From Ylistrum balloti (Eukaryota): 64,000 bases of DNA. The notes under the pieces were generated by a model. The model did not search any database. It had not been told where the DNA came from and worked only from the letters and a program-made list of their open reading frames with translations. The DNA lies in the NCBI RefSeq assembly GCF_031769215.1, contig NW_026782827.1, forward strand, positions 1 through 64,000. Reading direction: 5' to 3'. Of the stretch, positions 50,201 through 62,414 are shown in pieces (within the stretch, counting starts at the first letter, position 1; each line of letters opens with the position of its first letter). Made by a program: the position numbers and the translations under genes.

Positions 50201-53200
50201 TTTAACAGTGCTATATAAAGTACATTAAGGGTTTTACCCTCAAAGTCGGCGGTGACGTTGTGAACAGGAATACTTGGACTAGTATTAAGATCCCCCATGA
50301 TCAGTGGCTTATACGACAGGCGAGCGGCTTCCGTTAGTTTGCGAGAATCTGCGAGATTTTGCTCCTCCCAGCTCGAGTACACACCACGGAGGTTTGCTGA
50401 AACGAGACAATGGGAATAATGAAGTGTTCAACAGTACATGTACGTGCTTCGTGTTACAAAACCATTCAAAACTTTTCTCGGATCGGATATTAATTTAGAT
50501 TTTTCAGCAATACATATATTCAACAGTTGTACAAGTATAATTCCATTTGTCCCAGTCCAAGTTGTGTTGAACTATATGTAATAAGGATAAATACTTATCT
50601 CACATTTAATACCAATAGTAACGTAGTATAAGGTTTTATTCGGATAGCTTTATGTACACTGCCATATGTTCTACATATATAATACCTACGTTCATAGTAC
50701 TCGTCCCCAATATTAGAGGCTGTATGGCTGCAGATGACTGTCCCTACTCCTTCAATCTAGAATGAAGAAGTCATCAGTTTATGTTAAGCCCATTCATGCT
50801 GGAGAAATCCAAAATCAGACATGACGGCTGTATTAGGGAGAGCTCATAATGTCGTTCTATTGAATGCTCATTAATTTGTGTCTTGTCTCTATTTTGGCTC
50901 AACTGGAGACCAAGGGCAATCTACATATCAAATTGTATGAAAGTGTTTCAAAAGAAACAACCATAAAAAATCTTTCTTCGTCAAAATCTAAGATGGCCAC
51001 CTGTCAACCATTTTGTTTTTCTGATATGTCCCAAAATCTAAAGGGCCCAACCAAAGAACAAGAGGAACTTACGCATGACATTTGACAAAGTTCTGATAAA
51101 CATTTCTCAAGAAATATCACTCGATCCCAAAGTCAGACCTGTTGCACAACCGTTAAGAAGGATACCTTACAATTTGTGGGACAAACTGGAGAAAAAAAAT
51201 TGAGAAACTTCAAAGTTTGAACATTTATATATTTCAACATGAGATTTTCCAAGTGTCAGGTGTTGCTGTTGAATCAGGTGGAGGGAAGGTATATAAGCGA
51301 AATGTTACGCATTTAAAAAATTCATGCTCCTAATTCTCCAGCAAAAAGGCACAATCGGGATTCTAATCCAGAAGTAGGTGCTGATCTTGATCCTCCAACT
51401 GATACTTGTCAAGGTCAAAGTCAAGGTAAAACGCAAGGTCAGAGTTTAGGCCAAAGTGTTGAACCAAATGAAATGGGTCTGGAGCCGATAAATGCTGATG
51501 TTGGTCGTCCACAGAGATCGAATCGGAAAATGCCCAGTAAATACAATGTTGTTGGTTAAATAACACTGTGAGATTATTGTGAATGTTCTATACATTGGAC
51601 AGTCTTATAGACCAGTATGTCGAAATACCTAATTTGTTTAAAATGTTTCATGTTTTACCAGAAGGAAGTTATGTTCAGATATTTTTAAGATGATTATTGA
51701 TTCTAGTCATGTGAATCAAACTTTATTTAATGTTTGATATACGTCACAATTCTAACCATGGGTGGATAAAAAAAAAATTAAGGTTGTTTTTCAATTCTAA
51801 ACGAGGGAGGAATGTAGTGTAGGAGAGCATATATTATAGCGAGTGAGTTGAAGGGCGGGAACTATCTGTGTTATCGGGGTGATGCTGACATGCGCGAGAG
51901 ATAATAAAAGAGACCGCATGGTATGGAGTCCTCCAATGATGTTGTGTTTTGTTGACGAGTTCAACTGTGGGGTGGATCCCGCACACGGGCCATATCAGTA
52001 TTACAGTCGCCTGTCAGCCATTTATTTTTTCAGTCCCGAAAAAACAACCACAATCGGGAACCAAGGGGAACAAGTATATGGAATTTGAGAAAGAAATAGC
52101 TATCACAAGAATTATTTACAGACGTAGGGCGAATTAAATCGCCAACAATCTGCTGGAGGTGGGCTTAAAACACCAGTCGTTGGCAAATTATATTTATGCA
52201 GATTTGTTTCCCCTTTTTAATGGCGTATTTGTCTTTGTAAAGTAAAAGTTTTCCGTCCTAAACAATGCGTCATAAAACCTGTATCAAAAAAAGATCGGTC
52301 ATAGTGCGGGATCAATTACAAAAATAAAAAAAAACACAAAAACATCGTACCTCCGCTTCGATGTATGCCCGTCGTAAAATTTGCTTCACATTTGGTTCAA
52401 AGAAAACCGATCTGACAGAATTCACTTTCTTTTTACTCAGAAGTACAACTCCGGGAACATTCATAGCCTCTCGCCTCGTGTAGTCAAAGCAGCGCAGCGC
52501 CCCCTTACCGGAAACGACGAGACAGGAAATACAAGCCTGACTTTCTGACATCATTCCACATCCTACAGAACAGTTTGTGAGAGCTGCCTTGCTGGTTATT
52601 GATGAACAATGTATAAATATACACGCAACAGTAAATGCTGCTTTGTGACACGGAGGAGCGTTAATCCAGTCCCAAAACATTGTCTCCTGGTACAAAGGTG
52701 CTGTGTGCACAGAAATACTACTGCCTAAAGTCTGACGTATCCTAGAAACATCACTTCCGTACCACACCTGAAATCGGACAATAGATAACAATAATGAATT
52801 TTAAATATCGGAGTATCAACTCTGTAATTTCAGTGAAGAGGCACTGTATGTAATGACCAAGATATCACACAACACGACAACTGTGACTTATGTCATTCTA
52901 TATGTCGTGTAATTTGGTGTAAATAAGGTTGGGATTTTTTATGTGCTTCGAATTGTATTCACATTAGGGTAACGTGCACCACAGCTTTGATGATGATAAT
53001 AATGATAATTGGTCGTCATTGACGTCACGTCAAAAAAATAGTTCAAAAATGATTTATTGGATGTTTTTATTTATCATTTGAAAACATGCTACATCGCGCA
53101 TTTAAATACGGCATAAATTATGACGAGATGCTTTAAAATTGATAAATGCACACGTTGTGGTTGGTAAGCTTCAACTATAGATGCAACAAGTGTTTTTAAA

Positions 53201-53849
53201 ATACTAAGCGAGAAATATCTGGTCTGTTGCATCTGAACGACAATGCAAATACCAGGGGGAATTCGTTGAAATTTCTGAAAGGTCATTTCAAGAAAGACTT
53301 ACAGACGTATAATTTCACCTTTCGAGTAATTGATACATGGAACCGTCTGGCGGAACACGCGATAAGATCGTCAAATACTTATCGATTAGAAAACAGGCTT
53401 GACAAATTATGGAAAAACCATCCAATGAAATATAATTTCAATATAGAGTATGGACCTGTCACTGGAAGGATCGTGGACTAGATATAATTACTTGTAATCA
53501 GAACTGCCTATAGAGGACCAGTATGGTCCTACAGCCGGATACAACATATGTAAACATAAGTAAACATAAGTAAATAAGTAAATCTACGAATATCATTTTT
53601 GTTTCGAGACTAAAATGCAAACCCTTATGATATATTGTGTATTGTTTATGTAATACGCACTTCCTGTAGACACATGACGTCATAGTCCTGAGACTGTAAT
53701 GCCTGTATTACGTTCGGTTTCCGGTCTTCGTAGTGGGCTATTAGATTGAGGAGGGCAACATTGTAGGAACGGATTTTGACTGTCTGAACCACGCCCCATA
53801 ATGACGTCATACAGAGTGAAGCCAGACACACCAGTTGTACCAACGCCAT
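47282..53849 (-). CDS. EEP gene D: secreted EEP-family protein with Cys-rich insert, 360 aa (inverted, convergent with gene C)
   Basis: Exons 53849-53661, 52767-52351, 50756-50690, 50396-50238, 47839-47679, 47371-47282 (RLYVEDIPNLNFPMSDHYGIEVEVASGYL*). GT-AG introns, phases 0,0,1,1,0. Signal peptide MALVQLVCLASLCMTSLWGVVQT; SYN, CLQE, CSH, GDLN, LDH, SDH intact. Confidence 0.92.
47480..47592. repeat. 38-bp repeat, 3 copies, in gene D intron 5
   Basis: GATGTCATAGCTCAGAACTGACGTCATGGTAGCCTATC. Confidence 0.85.
49640..49810 (-). mobile_element. Penelope-like retroelement RT N-terminal fragment (degenerate)
   Basis: Minus-strand frame RICSLKSKMNTKYRSAFLDPDVK...FVIVLVDKASNNLILVCRLHYI; same family as 43505-43710. 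Confidence 0.65.
51110..52005 (+). mobile_element. Internally deleted Ty3/Gypsy LTR retrotransposon with PPT and 3' LTR, antisense in gene D intron 2
   Basis: 51115-51225 encodes SLDPKVRPVAQPLRRIPYNLWDKLEKK (pre-RT segment of Gypsy pol). 51250-51560 encodes VAVESGGGKVYKRNVTHLK...RPQRSNRKMPSKY (integrase tail). The purine tract AAACGAGGGAGGAA directly precedes TGTAGT at 51813. The LTR ends ATTACA at 52005 and contains AATAAA. Confidence 0.8.
53190..53585 (+). mobile_element. 5'-truncated CR1-clade LINE 3' end, antisense in gene D intron 1
   Basis: ORF 53227-53481 TRGNSLKFLKGHFKKDLQTYNFTFRVIDTWNRL...ENRLDKLW is a typical CR1 ORF2 C-terminus. It has a 3' UTR hairpin AGGACC-agtat-GGTCCT and a TAAGTAAA-type tail. 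Confidence 0.85.
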
Positions 53850-54239
53850 ATTATGAAGTCTGTAAATAAAAATAGTGAAGCATATTAAGATATTCTCATA
53901 ATAGACAAATGTTTGAGTAAAATTCGTCAAGAAATTTAGACACTGGATTAACTTTGTTGTTTGTCAATAAATATTAGTGGAGACACCTTGGTTGGTCACT
54001 GGGTGTCTTTCGTCGCGACTCCTATCACTAGCCTTTGTCTCGCCGACGAACGTCAGTGTCATCCCCTCGTGGCAGTACCTTGTAACATATACCCTAATGA
54101 GATGCAGTTGTATTACCTTATTACACTGGGTTTGCTTGGCCGAAACTGATTAATCAAAACTAATGGAATTCCAAATATATAAGCACACAACGCAACAAAA
54201 CCATCATGCTTCATACCAAATTAAGACCGAATCTTCCCA

Positions 54240-55870
54240 TTCCTACAGAAGAAGGACTGAAACGAATTTCTTATTGGGTCCTGCTTGTCCCGTCCCAGGG
54301 GATCAAGATTCATCGTATATATAACATTGATTTCTCTTCTCTCAACAATGCTTCAGACTAAATTTGGGTTAAACCCAATCATCCCTCAAGAAGTTGGATT
54401 TTAAAGAATTTGCACCTTTTTTCCACCTTTGGCCCTCCCATCTGGCCCCAAGGGGCAAATACCAACCATTCAAATAAAATTGATTTCCCTTCACATTCAT
54501 ACAAGAATAGAATTTTAAAGAATTTACTCTATTTCCCCTATTGGGCCCGCCCCCGTCCTCCCGTATTTCCCCTATTGGGCCCGTCCTCCCGTATTTCCCC
54601 TATTGGGCCCGCCCGCCCTCCCGTATTTCCCCTATTGGGCCCGCCCTCCCGCCCGCCCTCCCGGCCCGCCCTCCCGTATTTCCCCTATTGGGCCCGCCCT
54701 CCCGTATTTCCCCTATTGGGCCCGCCTCCCGTATTTCCCCTATTGGGCCCGCCCTCCCGTATTTCCCCTCTTGGGCCCGCCCTCCCCGCCCTCCCGCCCT
54801 CCCGTATTTCCCCTATTGGGCCCGCCCGCCCTCCCGTATTTCCCCTATTGGGCCCGCCCTCCCGGCCCGCCCTCCCGTATTTCCCCTATTGGGCCCGCCG
54901 CCCCCCTATTGGGCCCGCCTCCCGTATTTCCCCTATTGGGCCCGCCTCCCGTATTTCCCCTATTGGGCCCGCCCTCCCGCCCTCCCGTATTTCCCCTATT
55001 GGGCCCGCCCTCCCCGCCCTCCCGTATTTCCCCTATTGGGCCCGCCTCCCGTATTTCCCCTATTGGGCCCGCCCTCCCGTATTTCCCCTATTGGGCCCGC
55101 CCTCCCCCGCCCTCCCGCCCTCCCCCGCCCTCCCGCCCTCCCCCGCCCTCCCGCCATGGGCCCGCCCTCCCGCCATGGGCCCGCCCTCTCCGCCCTCCCC
55201 GCCATGGGCCCGCCCCGCCCCCCCCCCCCCCCCCGCCCTCCCCGCCATGGGTCCGCCCTCCCCGCCATGGGTCCGCCCTCCCGCTCCCGGGGGCCGAGAC
55301 CTAATGTCTTTACATGTTATTTCCTGTTACTCTGTCCTTTATATTCTAACCCCAGGAAAAAATATGTAAAAAGATATTTTTATAATCACCCATCAGTGTA
55401 CAAACTTATTAAGTTACTAACAGAGGAAAACTATAAACAACAACTCAATAGATTTAAGAAATGTTACAAATACATAAATAGTAGATGTATTAGATGATCA
55501 AAATGTTGACTGTTTCCAGTAGATAATATTGTTAACACTAAATTGTCAATTTGATTGCGTATGCCATTATATCCATCCTCCATTCTGTCACTTGTATATT
55601 GTATATGATTATGTATGTGTACATACAGGGCGTGCGGCCTTTGGTTTTTGTCAGTAAACAATAAACAGGATTGATTCCCCTTCAACAGAGAATGCGTCAG
55701 ACAAAATTTGGGCAAAATTCAATCATACTTACAGAAGGAGTAGGATTTTGATTAACTTACTCTATTTCTCCTATTGGGCCTGGCCCTCTCGCTCCAGGGG
55801 CCCAGAGAACTAATGTCTAGATTGATTCCCTCTTCACCAAAAATGCTTCAGACCAAATAGCTATTGTGAC
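54240..55870. mobile_element. Non-autonomous Helitron-like (satellite-carrying) element with a central GC-rich 28-bp array (54531-55280)
   Basis: Repeated subunits (AATGCTTCAGAC.AAATTTGG..., TTTACTCTATTTCCCCTATTGGGCCC) flank an amplified TTTCCCCTATTGGGCCCGCCCTCCCGTA array. The class is assigned from recalled bivalve repeat architecture; the array itself is certain. Confidence 0.55.
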
Positions 55871-57682
55871 AGCTTGTAACATGTTTGAAATATTCGAGCA
55901 GTAGGAATACCACTGTCCAAAACACATGCTACAAACGGAGATATAGTCACAGTACTAACTCCCCCCCCCCCCAAAAAAAAAAAAAAACCCATTGAATTCC
56001 ATCGATCAGAGCCCATAATCCCCGTCTAAATACTTTAGCTCGTCACACCCCAAAATAATTAAGGAAAAATGTCTAGTGTTTATGAATCCTGATATGCCAA
56101 ATAAAAGTTTTGAAGATTAATGTTGAATTGCTCCGATGTATATGTTACAGCTAAATCACGAAGAGTACTTGTCCACTTCAATATCTCGCAGAAGTCAATA
56201 TGTAAGTCAAATTACAAATAAGGTTGTGAAAAAAGTTGATATCACCTTCAGTCAGATGTTTGATATTGTAGAAAGTTAAAATCGGTCACAGTTTAGCCAA
56301 AATAATAATCAACAGGACTGTGACATACACTTCTTCGTCCGTGATGTCACGTAATTCCGGTGGAGGGGTTAGAGGGGGAGAGACAATATGTTGATAGTTG
56401 AATGGCGATGCTTTGCTCAATATTTTGGTATTGTAAACAAACCTATTAGCACCTAAATTGTTACCGTTGATTGATAAATGAGACGAAAGATGTGTACATA
56501 ATCTATCTTGGTATAAAATCACACTCACCGTGCTGTGTTCGACGTTCTGCGTGTCTCGTGCGCCGCACACTCTGCTGACAGAGGGCGCCTACGTGCAGGT
56601 GAGGGATCACGTGACTTTTAATCACATAATCGTTTCAGGATCCTCCCACCTATTCCTATTGATTTGATTTAGATATTGTTTATTTTGTATATATTATACG
56701 CATTAGTATGAAGCCTGTTGGAGTGATTGACCTAGAACTTTATTGATGAAGATTTATTGACGTCAGTAACGTTTTTTTATTGAAACTGTGGTATTGGTGG
56801 AGTCTGAAGATTTTTTTAATGTAATCTGCGGACACTCGCATCAGAGTACCGATTTAAAAGTATTGATTTAAAATATCAATTATGTTCGCATATATATTTT
56901 TTCGTTAGTTTCTTTAGATTATTCGTATGATGGTGTTGTGTGGTTTTTTTTAAATGGTTGGGTTTCCCAAAACGATTTGATCTACGCTTTCTTAAATAGC
57001 ATGTCTCTTTTCCTTATTTTACGTCGCAAGTCAGACTTAAACCAACATTTGAAATTAAGTCGTATCGTAAACGTTTTAGTTGGTACTCACTTCCTAGTTA
57101 TGTCATATTTTTTTGTAAAATTTTCACACACGTCGTCCAAAAACAATTCTGAATTTCGTTGTAATAATAGTACCTACGGTGATTTCTACTGTCGTCGCAG
57201 ATACTCAAAATACATTATACCCAGTCTGGTTGTGTACATAACTGCGCATACCGAAGGTCGTGTACACCACAATAAAATGAACTGTACCGAAGATAAAAAC
57301 AAATAAAAATACGACAGAAACATGAATAACCACTGATTCTAAAGTGACAATAAGTTGTTGTGTTTGTCATACTGATGCTTAAATTGACCTAAAGTGCATG
57401 CTCTGCTGAAAACGTCATGGGAGCCGATGTGGGGGTACATTTGTCTCAGAATGTTGTGTAATCTGTTAAACCAAACAAATGTCAGTAAATATGGAAACAA
57501 CAAATATTTTATCACCAAAACGCTATATTCACTAGAATCTTGCATTCTTATATTTATATGTAAGACATCGTGGCCTATCTACTCACCAGTTGCTCCAGAA
57601 GCGCCGTTCTGCGGTCATATCTGCTTATTATACCAAATTACACGCTCATCATACCAAACGAGTTACACTCCATAAACAAGTT

Positions 57683-60600
57683 CACGTCAACATGACGCCA
57701 CACCAGTAGGTTAACGTTAACACCACATCACACCAGTAGGTTAACGTTAACACCACATCACACCAGTAGGTTAACGTTAACACCACATCACACCAGTAGG
57801 TTAACGTTAACACCACATCACACCAGTAGGTTAACGTTAACACCACATCACACCAGTAGGTTAACGTCAACACCACATCACACCAGTAGGTTAACGTCAA
57901 CACCACATCACACCAGTAGGTTAACGTTAACACCACATCAAACCAGTAGGTTAACGTCAACACCACATCACACCAGTAGGTTAACATCACACCACACCAC
58001 ACCAGTAGGTTAACGTCAACATGACGCCACACCAGTAGGTTAACGTTAACACCACATCACACCATACCAGTAGGTTAACGTCAACATGACGCCACACCAG
58101 TAGGTTAACATCACACCACACTACACCAGTAGGTTAACGTTAACATCACACCACACCAGTAGTTTAACGTGAACATCACACCACACCAGTAGGTTAACGT
58201 GAACATCACACCACACCAGTAGGTTAACGTTAACATCACACCACACCAGTAGGTTAACGTTAACATCACACCACACCAGTAGGTTAACGTTAACATCACA
58301 CCACACCAGTAGGTTAACGTTAACATCACACCACACCAGTAGGTTAACGTTAACATCACACCATACCAGTAGGTTAACCTCACACCACAACAGTAGGTTA
58401 ACGTTAACATCACACCATACCAGTAGGTTAACATCACACCACACCAGTAGGTTAACATCAACATCACATCACACCAGTAGGTTAACGTTAACATCACACC
58501 ACACCAGCAGGTTAACGTTAGCATCACACCACACCAGTAGGTTAACGTTAACATCACACCATACCAGTAGGTTAACATCAAACCACACCAGTAGGGTAAC
58601 GTTAACATCACACCACACCAGTAGGTTAACGTTAACACCACATCAAACCAGTAGGTTAACGTCAACACCACATCACACCAGTAGGTTAACATCACACCAC
58701 ACCACACCAGTAGGTTAACGTTAACATCACACCACACTATACCAGTAGGTTAACGTCAACACCACATCACACGAGTAGGTTAACATCACACCACACTACA
58801 CCAGTAGGTTAACGTTAACATCACACCACACCAGTAGTTTAACGTGAACATCACACCACACCAGTAGGTTAACGTGAACATCACACCACACCAGTAGGTT
58901 AACGTTAACATCACACCACACCAGTAGGTTAACGTTAACATCACACCACACCAGTAGGTTAACGTTAACATCACACCACACCAGTAGGTTATCGTTAACA
59001 TCACACCACACCAGTAGGTTAACGTTAACATCACACCATACCAGTAGGTTTACCTCACACCACAACAGTAGGTTAACGTTAACATCACACCACACCAGTA
59101 GGTTAACATCAACATCACATCACACCAGTAGGTTAACGTTAACATCACACCACACCAGTAGGTTAACGTTAGCATCACACCACACCAGTAGGTTAACGTT
59201 AACATCACACCACACCAGTAGGTTAACGTTAACATCACACCATACCAGTAGGTTAACATCACACCACACCAGTAGGGTAACGTTAACATCACACCACACC
59301 AGTAGGTTAACATCACACCATACCAGTAGGTTAACGTTAACACCACACCACACAAGTAGGCTAACGTGAACATTACAACACATCAGTAGGTTAACGTTAA
59401 CATCACGTTACACCAGTAGGGTAACATCACACCACACCAGTAGGTTAACGTTAACATCACGTTACACCAGTAGGGTAACATCACACCACACCAGTAGGTT
59501 AACGTTAACATCACACCACACCAGTAGGTTAACGTTAACATCACACCACACCAGTAGGTTAACATCACACCAGTAGGTTAACATCACACCACACCAGTAG
59601 GTTAACATCACACCAGTAGGTTAACATCACACCACACCAGTAGGTTAACATCACACCAGTAGGTTAACATCACACCACACCAGTAGGTTAACATCACACC
59701 AGTAGGTTAACATCACACCACACCAGTAGGTTAACATCACACCAGTAGGTTAACATCACACCACACCAGTAGGTTAACATCACACCAGTAGGTTAACATC
59801 ACACCACACCAGTAGGTTAACATCACACCAGTTGGTTAACATCACACCACACCAGTAGGTTAACATCACACCAGTAGGTTAACATCACACCACACCAGTA
59901 GGTTAACACCACACCAGTAGGTTAACATCACACCAGTAGGTTAACATCACACCAGTAGGTTAACATCACACCACACCAGTAGGTTAACATCACACCAGTA
60001 GGTTAACATCACACCACACCAGTAGGTTAACATCACACCAGTAGGTTAACATCACACCACACCAGTAGGTTAACATCACACCACACCAGTAGGTTAACAT
60101 CACACCAGTAGGTTAACATCACACCACACCAGTAGGTTAACATCACACCAGTAGGTTAACATCACACCACACCAGTAGGTTAACATCACACCACACCAGT
60201 AGGTTAACATCACACCACACCAGTAGGTTAACATCACACCACACCAGTAGGTTAACATCACACCAGTAGGTTAACATCACACCACACCAGTAGGTTAACA
60301 TCACACCACACCAGTAGGTTAACATCACACCAGTAGGTTAACATCACACCAGTAGGTTAACATCACACCACACCAGTAGGTTAACACCACACCAGTAGGT
60401 TAACATCACATCACACCAGTAGGTTAACATCACACCAGTAGGTTAACATCACACCAGTAGGTTAACATCACACCAGTAGGTTAACATCACACCAGCAGGT
60501 TAACATCACACCAGTAGGTTAACACCACACCAGTAGGTTAACATCACACCAGTAGGTTAACATCACACCAGTAGGTTAACATCACACCACACCAGTAGGT

Positions 60601-61045
60601 TAACATCACACCAGTAGGTTAACACCACACCAGTAGGTTAACATCACACCAGTAGGTTAACACCACACCAGTAGGTTAACATCACACCAGTAGGTTAACA
60701 TCACACCACACCAGTAGGTTAACATCACACCACACCAGTAGGTTAACATCACACCACACCAGTAGGTTAACATCACACCAGTAGGTTAACATCACACCAC
60801 ACCAGTAGGTTAACATCACACCACACCAGTAGGTTAACATCACACCAGTAGGTTAACATCACACCACACCAGTAGGTTAACATCACACCACACCAGTAGG
60901 TTAACATCACACCACACCAGTAGGTTAACATCACACCACACCAGTAGGTTAACACCACACCAGTAGGTTAACATCACACCACACTAGTAGGTTAACATCA
61001 CACCAGTAGGTTAACATCACACCAGTAGGTTAACATCACACCAGC
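57683..61045. repeat. 3.4-kb satellite array, 30/24/19-bp units (CACCAGTAGGTTAAC[GTTAAC]ATCA[CACCA])
   Basis: Direct reading; explains all minus-strand TLTYWCGVM/WCDVNLLV ORFs. Confidence 0.98.
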
Positions 61046-61956
61046 AGTAATTAACAATATTGGACATATCTATGTAGAAGTAACACTTTTCGTAAATAAA
61101 TGATAACAGCCTGAACTGTCGCTCTTTCATTAAATTTGTCCTTTTCATTCGTCCATCAATGTCATCTGTAAACTGTAAATACTGATATGACCTTCAGTGT
61201 TGTACTACTTATTTTATATGTATCCAGTAAATACACTCAGTAATAATATAATATTGACTAACTACTGGTGGATATACTCAATTGATTTCACTTTTCAGTT
61301 GCTGGGTATTTCTGTGTATGTAAAGAGTAACGTTATTTTGCAAAAAACAAGATAACGATCATATCTATACGGTTCTGGACCAATAACCAGGTACATATAT
61401 ATTAATTGTTTTGCACATTGCACATTATTTCATCGTTGTGTAAAAATAAAAACACGTCCAAATTATGTTCCGCTATGTTGAATGTCAATGTTAATGAAAA
61501 CTACATGTATGGTTGTTGGTTAACTCATATTTCCGCAACTGTGAGTCGATGTTTCAGTAAATTTAACAATCTGTTCCATATTCCAATTTTTGTTCCATAA
61601 TGTAGGAGACTTGAAAACGAAGTTTATCATCATACTTTAACGGGCGTGATATATCTGAGATTCTATTTCAATTAATTACACCTGTTATCAAGAGACTCAG
61701 CTTCTGTACCGCTCACCTGGATGAAGAAGGCTCATGGTTAAAATAATGACCACGATTCTCTCCCTTTTTAAAGATGACCCATTTTAGAACTGAACATAAA
61801 ACAATGAATCAAAACATGTAATATATTTTGTCAATTTCATAGTATCAGAAAATAACCCCCCACCCCGGGCTTCTGGGGCGAGACTCCATATATTCCAAAC
61901 CACTGTGACAATTGTTTCACCACCGAAAACCCAAAAGTTCGTAACAAAGGGACAAG

Positions 61957-62170
61957 ACCCAGGGTGGCGCAGTTGTAACGCACTCGCCTTTCACCTAACC
62001 GTCAGTGGCTCGATTCCCAAACGGACACATGGTTTTTCCCTGGTTACTCCAAGACTCCTGGCGTACTTATATTCGGGCCACCAAGAGTTATTACATTATG
62101 AATGTGTTTATCTCTTGAAGGCCACTTAGGCCTCGGTGAAACATTTGATCTGGCGGCCACCATATAAATA
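61957..62170 (+). mobile_element. tRNA-derived SINE
   Basis: A box GGTGGCGCAGTTGTAACGC (about 61963), CGCCTTTCACC, and B box GGCTCGATTCCC (62007-62018). No cloverleaf or 3' acceptor stem; the downstream body ends in an AT-rich tail. Confidence 0.75.
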
Positions 62171-62362
62171 CAATGGTGACGTCCGCCGTACGGTTATCAT
62201 GTAACACTGACAGTAACTCATTTCTTACATATACCTACATATACATGTTTATCAAGTGGAACGAAAACAAATAGTTATATCAAGTGTCGTGTCACGGCTA
62301 GCATCATTTCAATCCACGCTATAGTCACATATTCAATGAGGTCAAGCGATAACAACACAAAC

Positions 62363-62414
62363 ATGGCTGCCTCGGACATCGGTGGGCAGAAGGGATATGT
62401 GGATAGCCACTTTC
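62363..62414 (+). CDS. Probable first coding exon of a further gene (MAASDIGGQKGYVDSHF...), remainder not identified
   Basis: CAAACATGGCTGCC start context (Kozak/YY1-like) followed 52 nt later by donor TTC|GTAAGT. No downstream exon could be confidently joined. Confidence 0.4.

Noticed and set aside
54410-55497. Pro-rich and Gly/Arg-rich ORFs
   Set aside because: Multi-frame translations of the GC-rich 28-bp array.
57682-60958. Many TLTYWCGVM / WCDVNLLV ORFs
   Set aside because: Translations of the satellite array.
61957-62030. Functional tRNA gene
   Set aside because: A and B boxes are present but there is no cloverleaf or acceptor-stem closure, and it continues into a SINE-like body.
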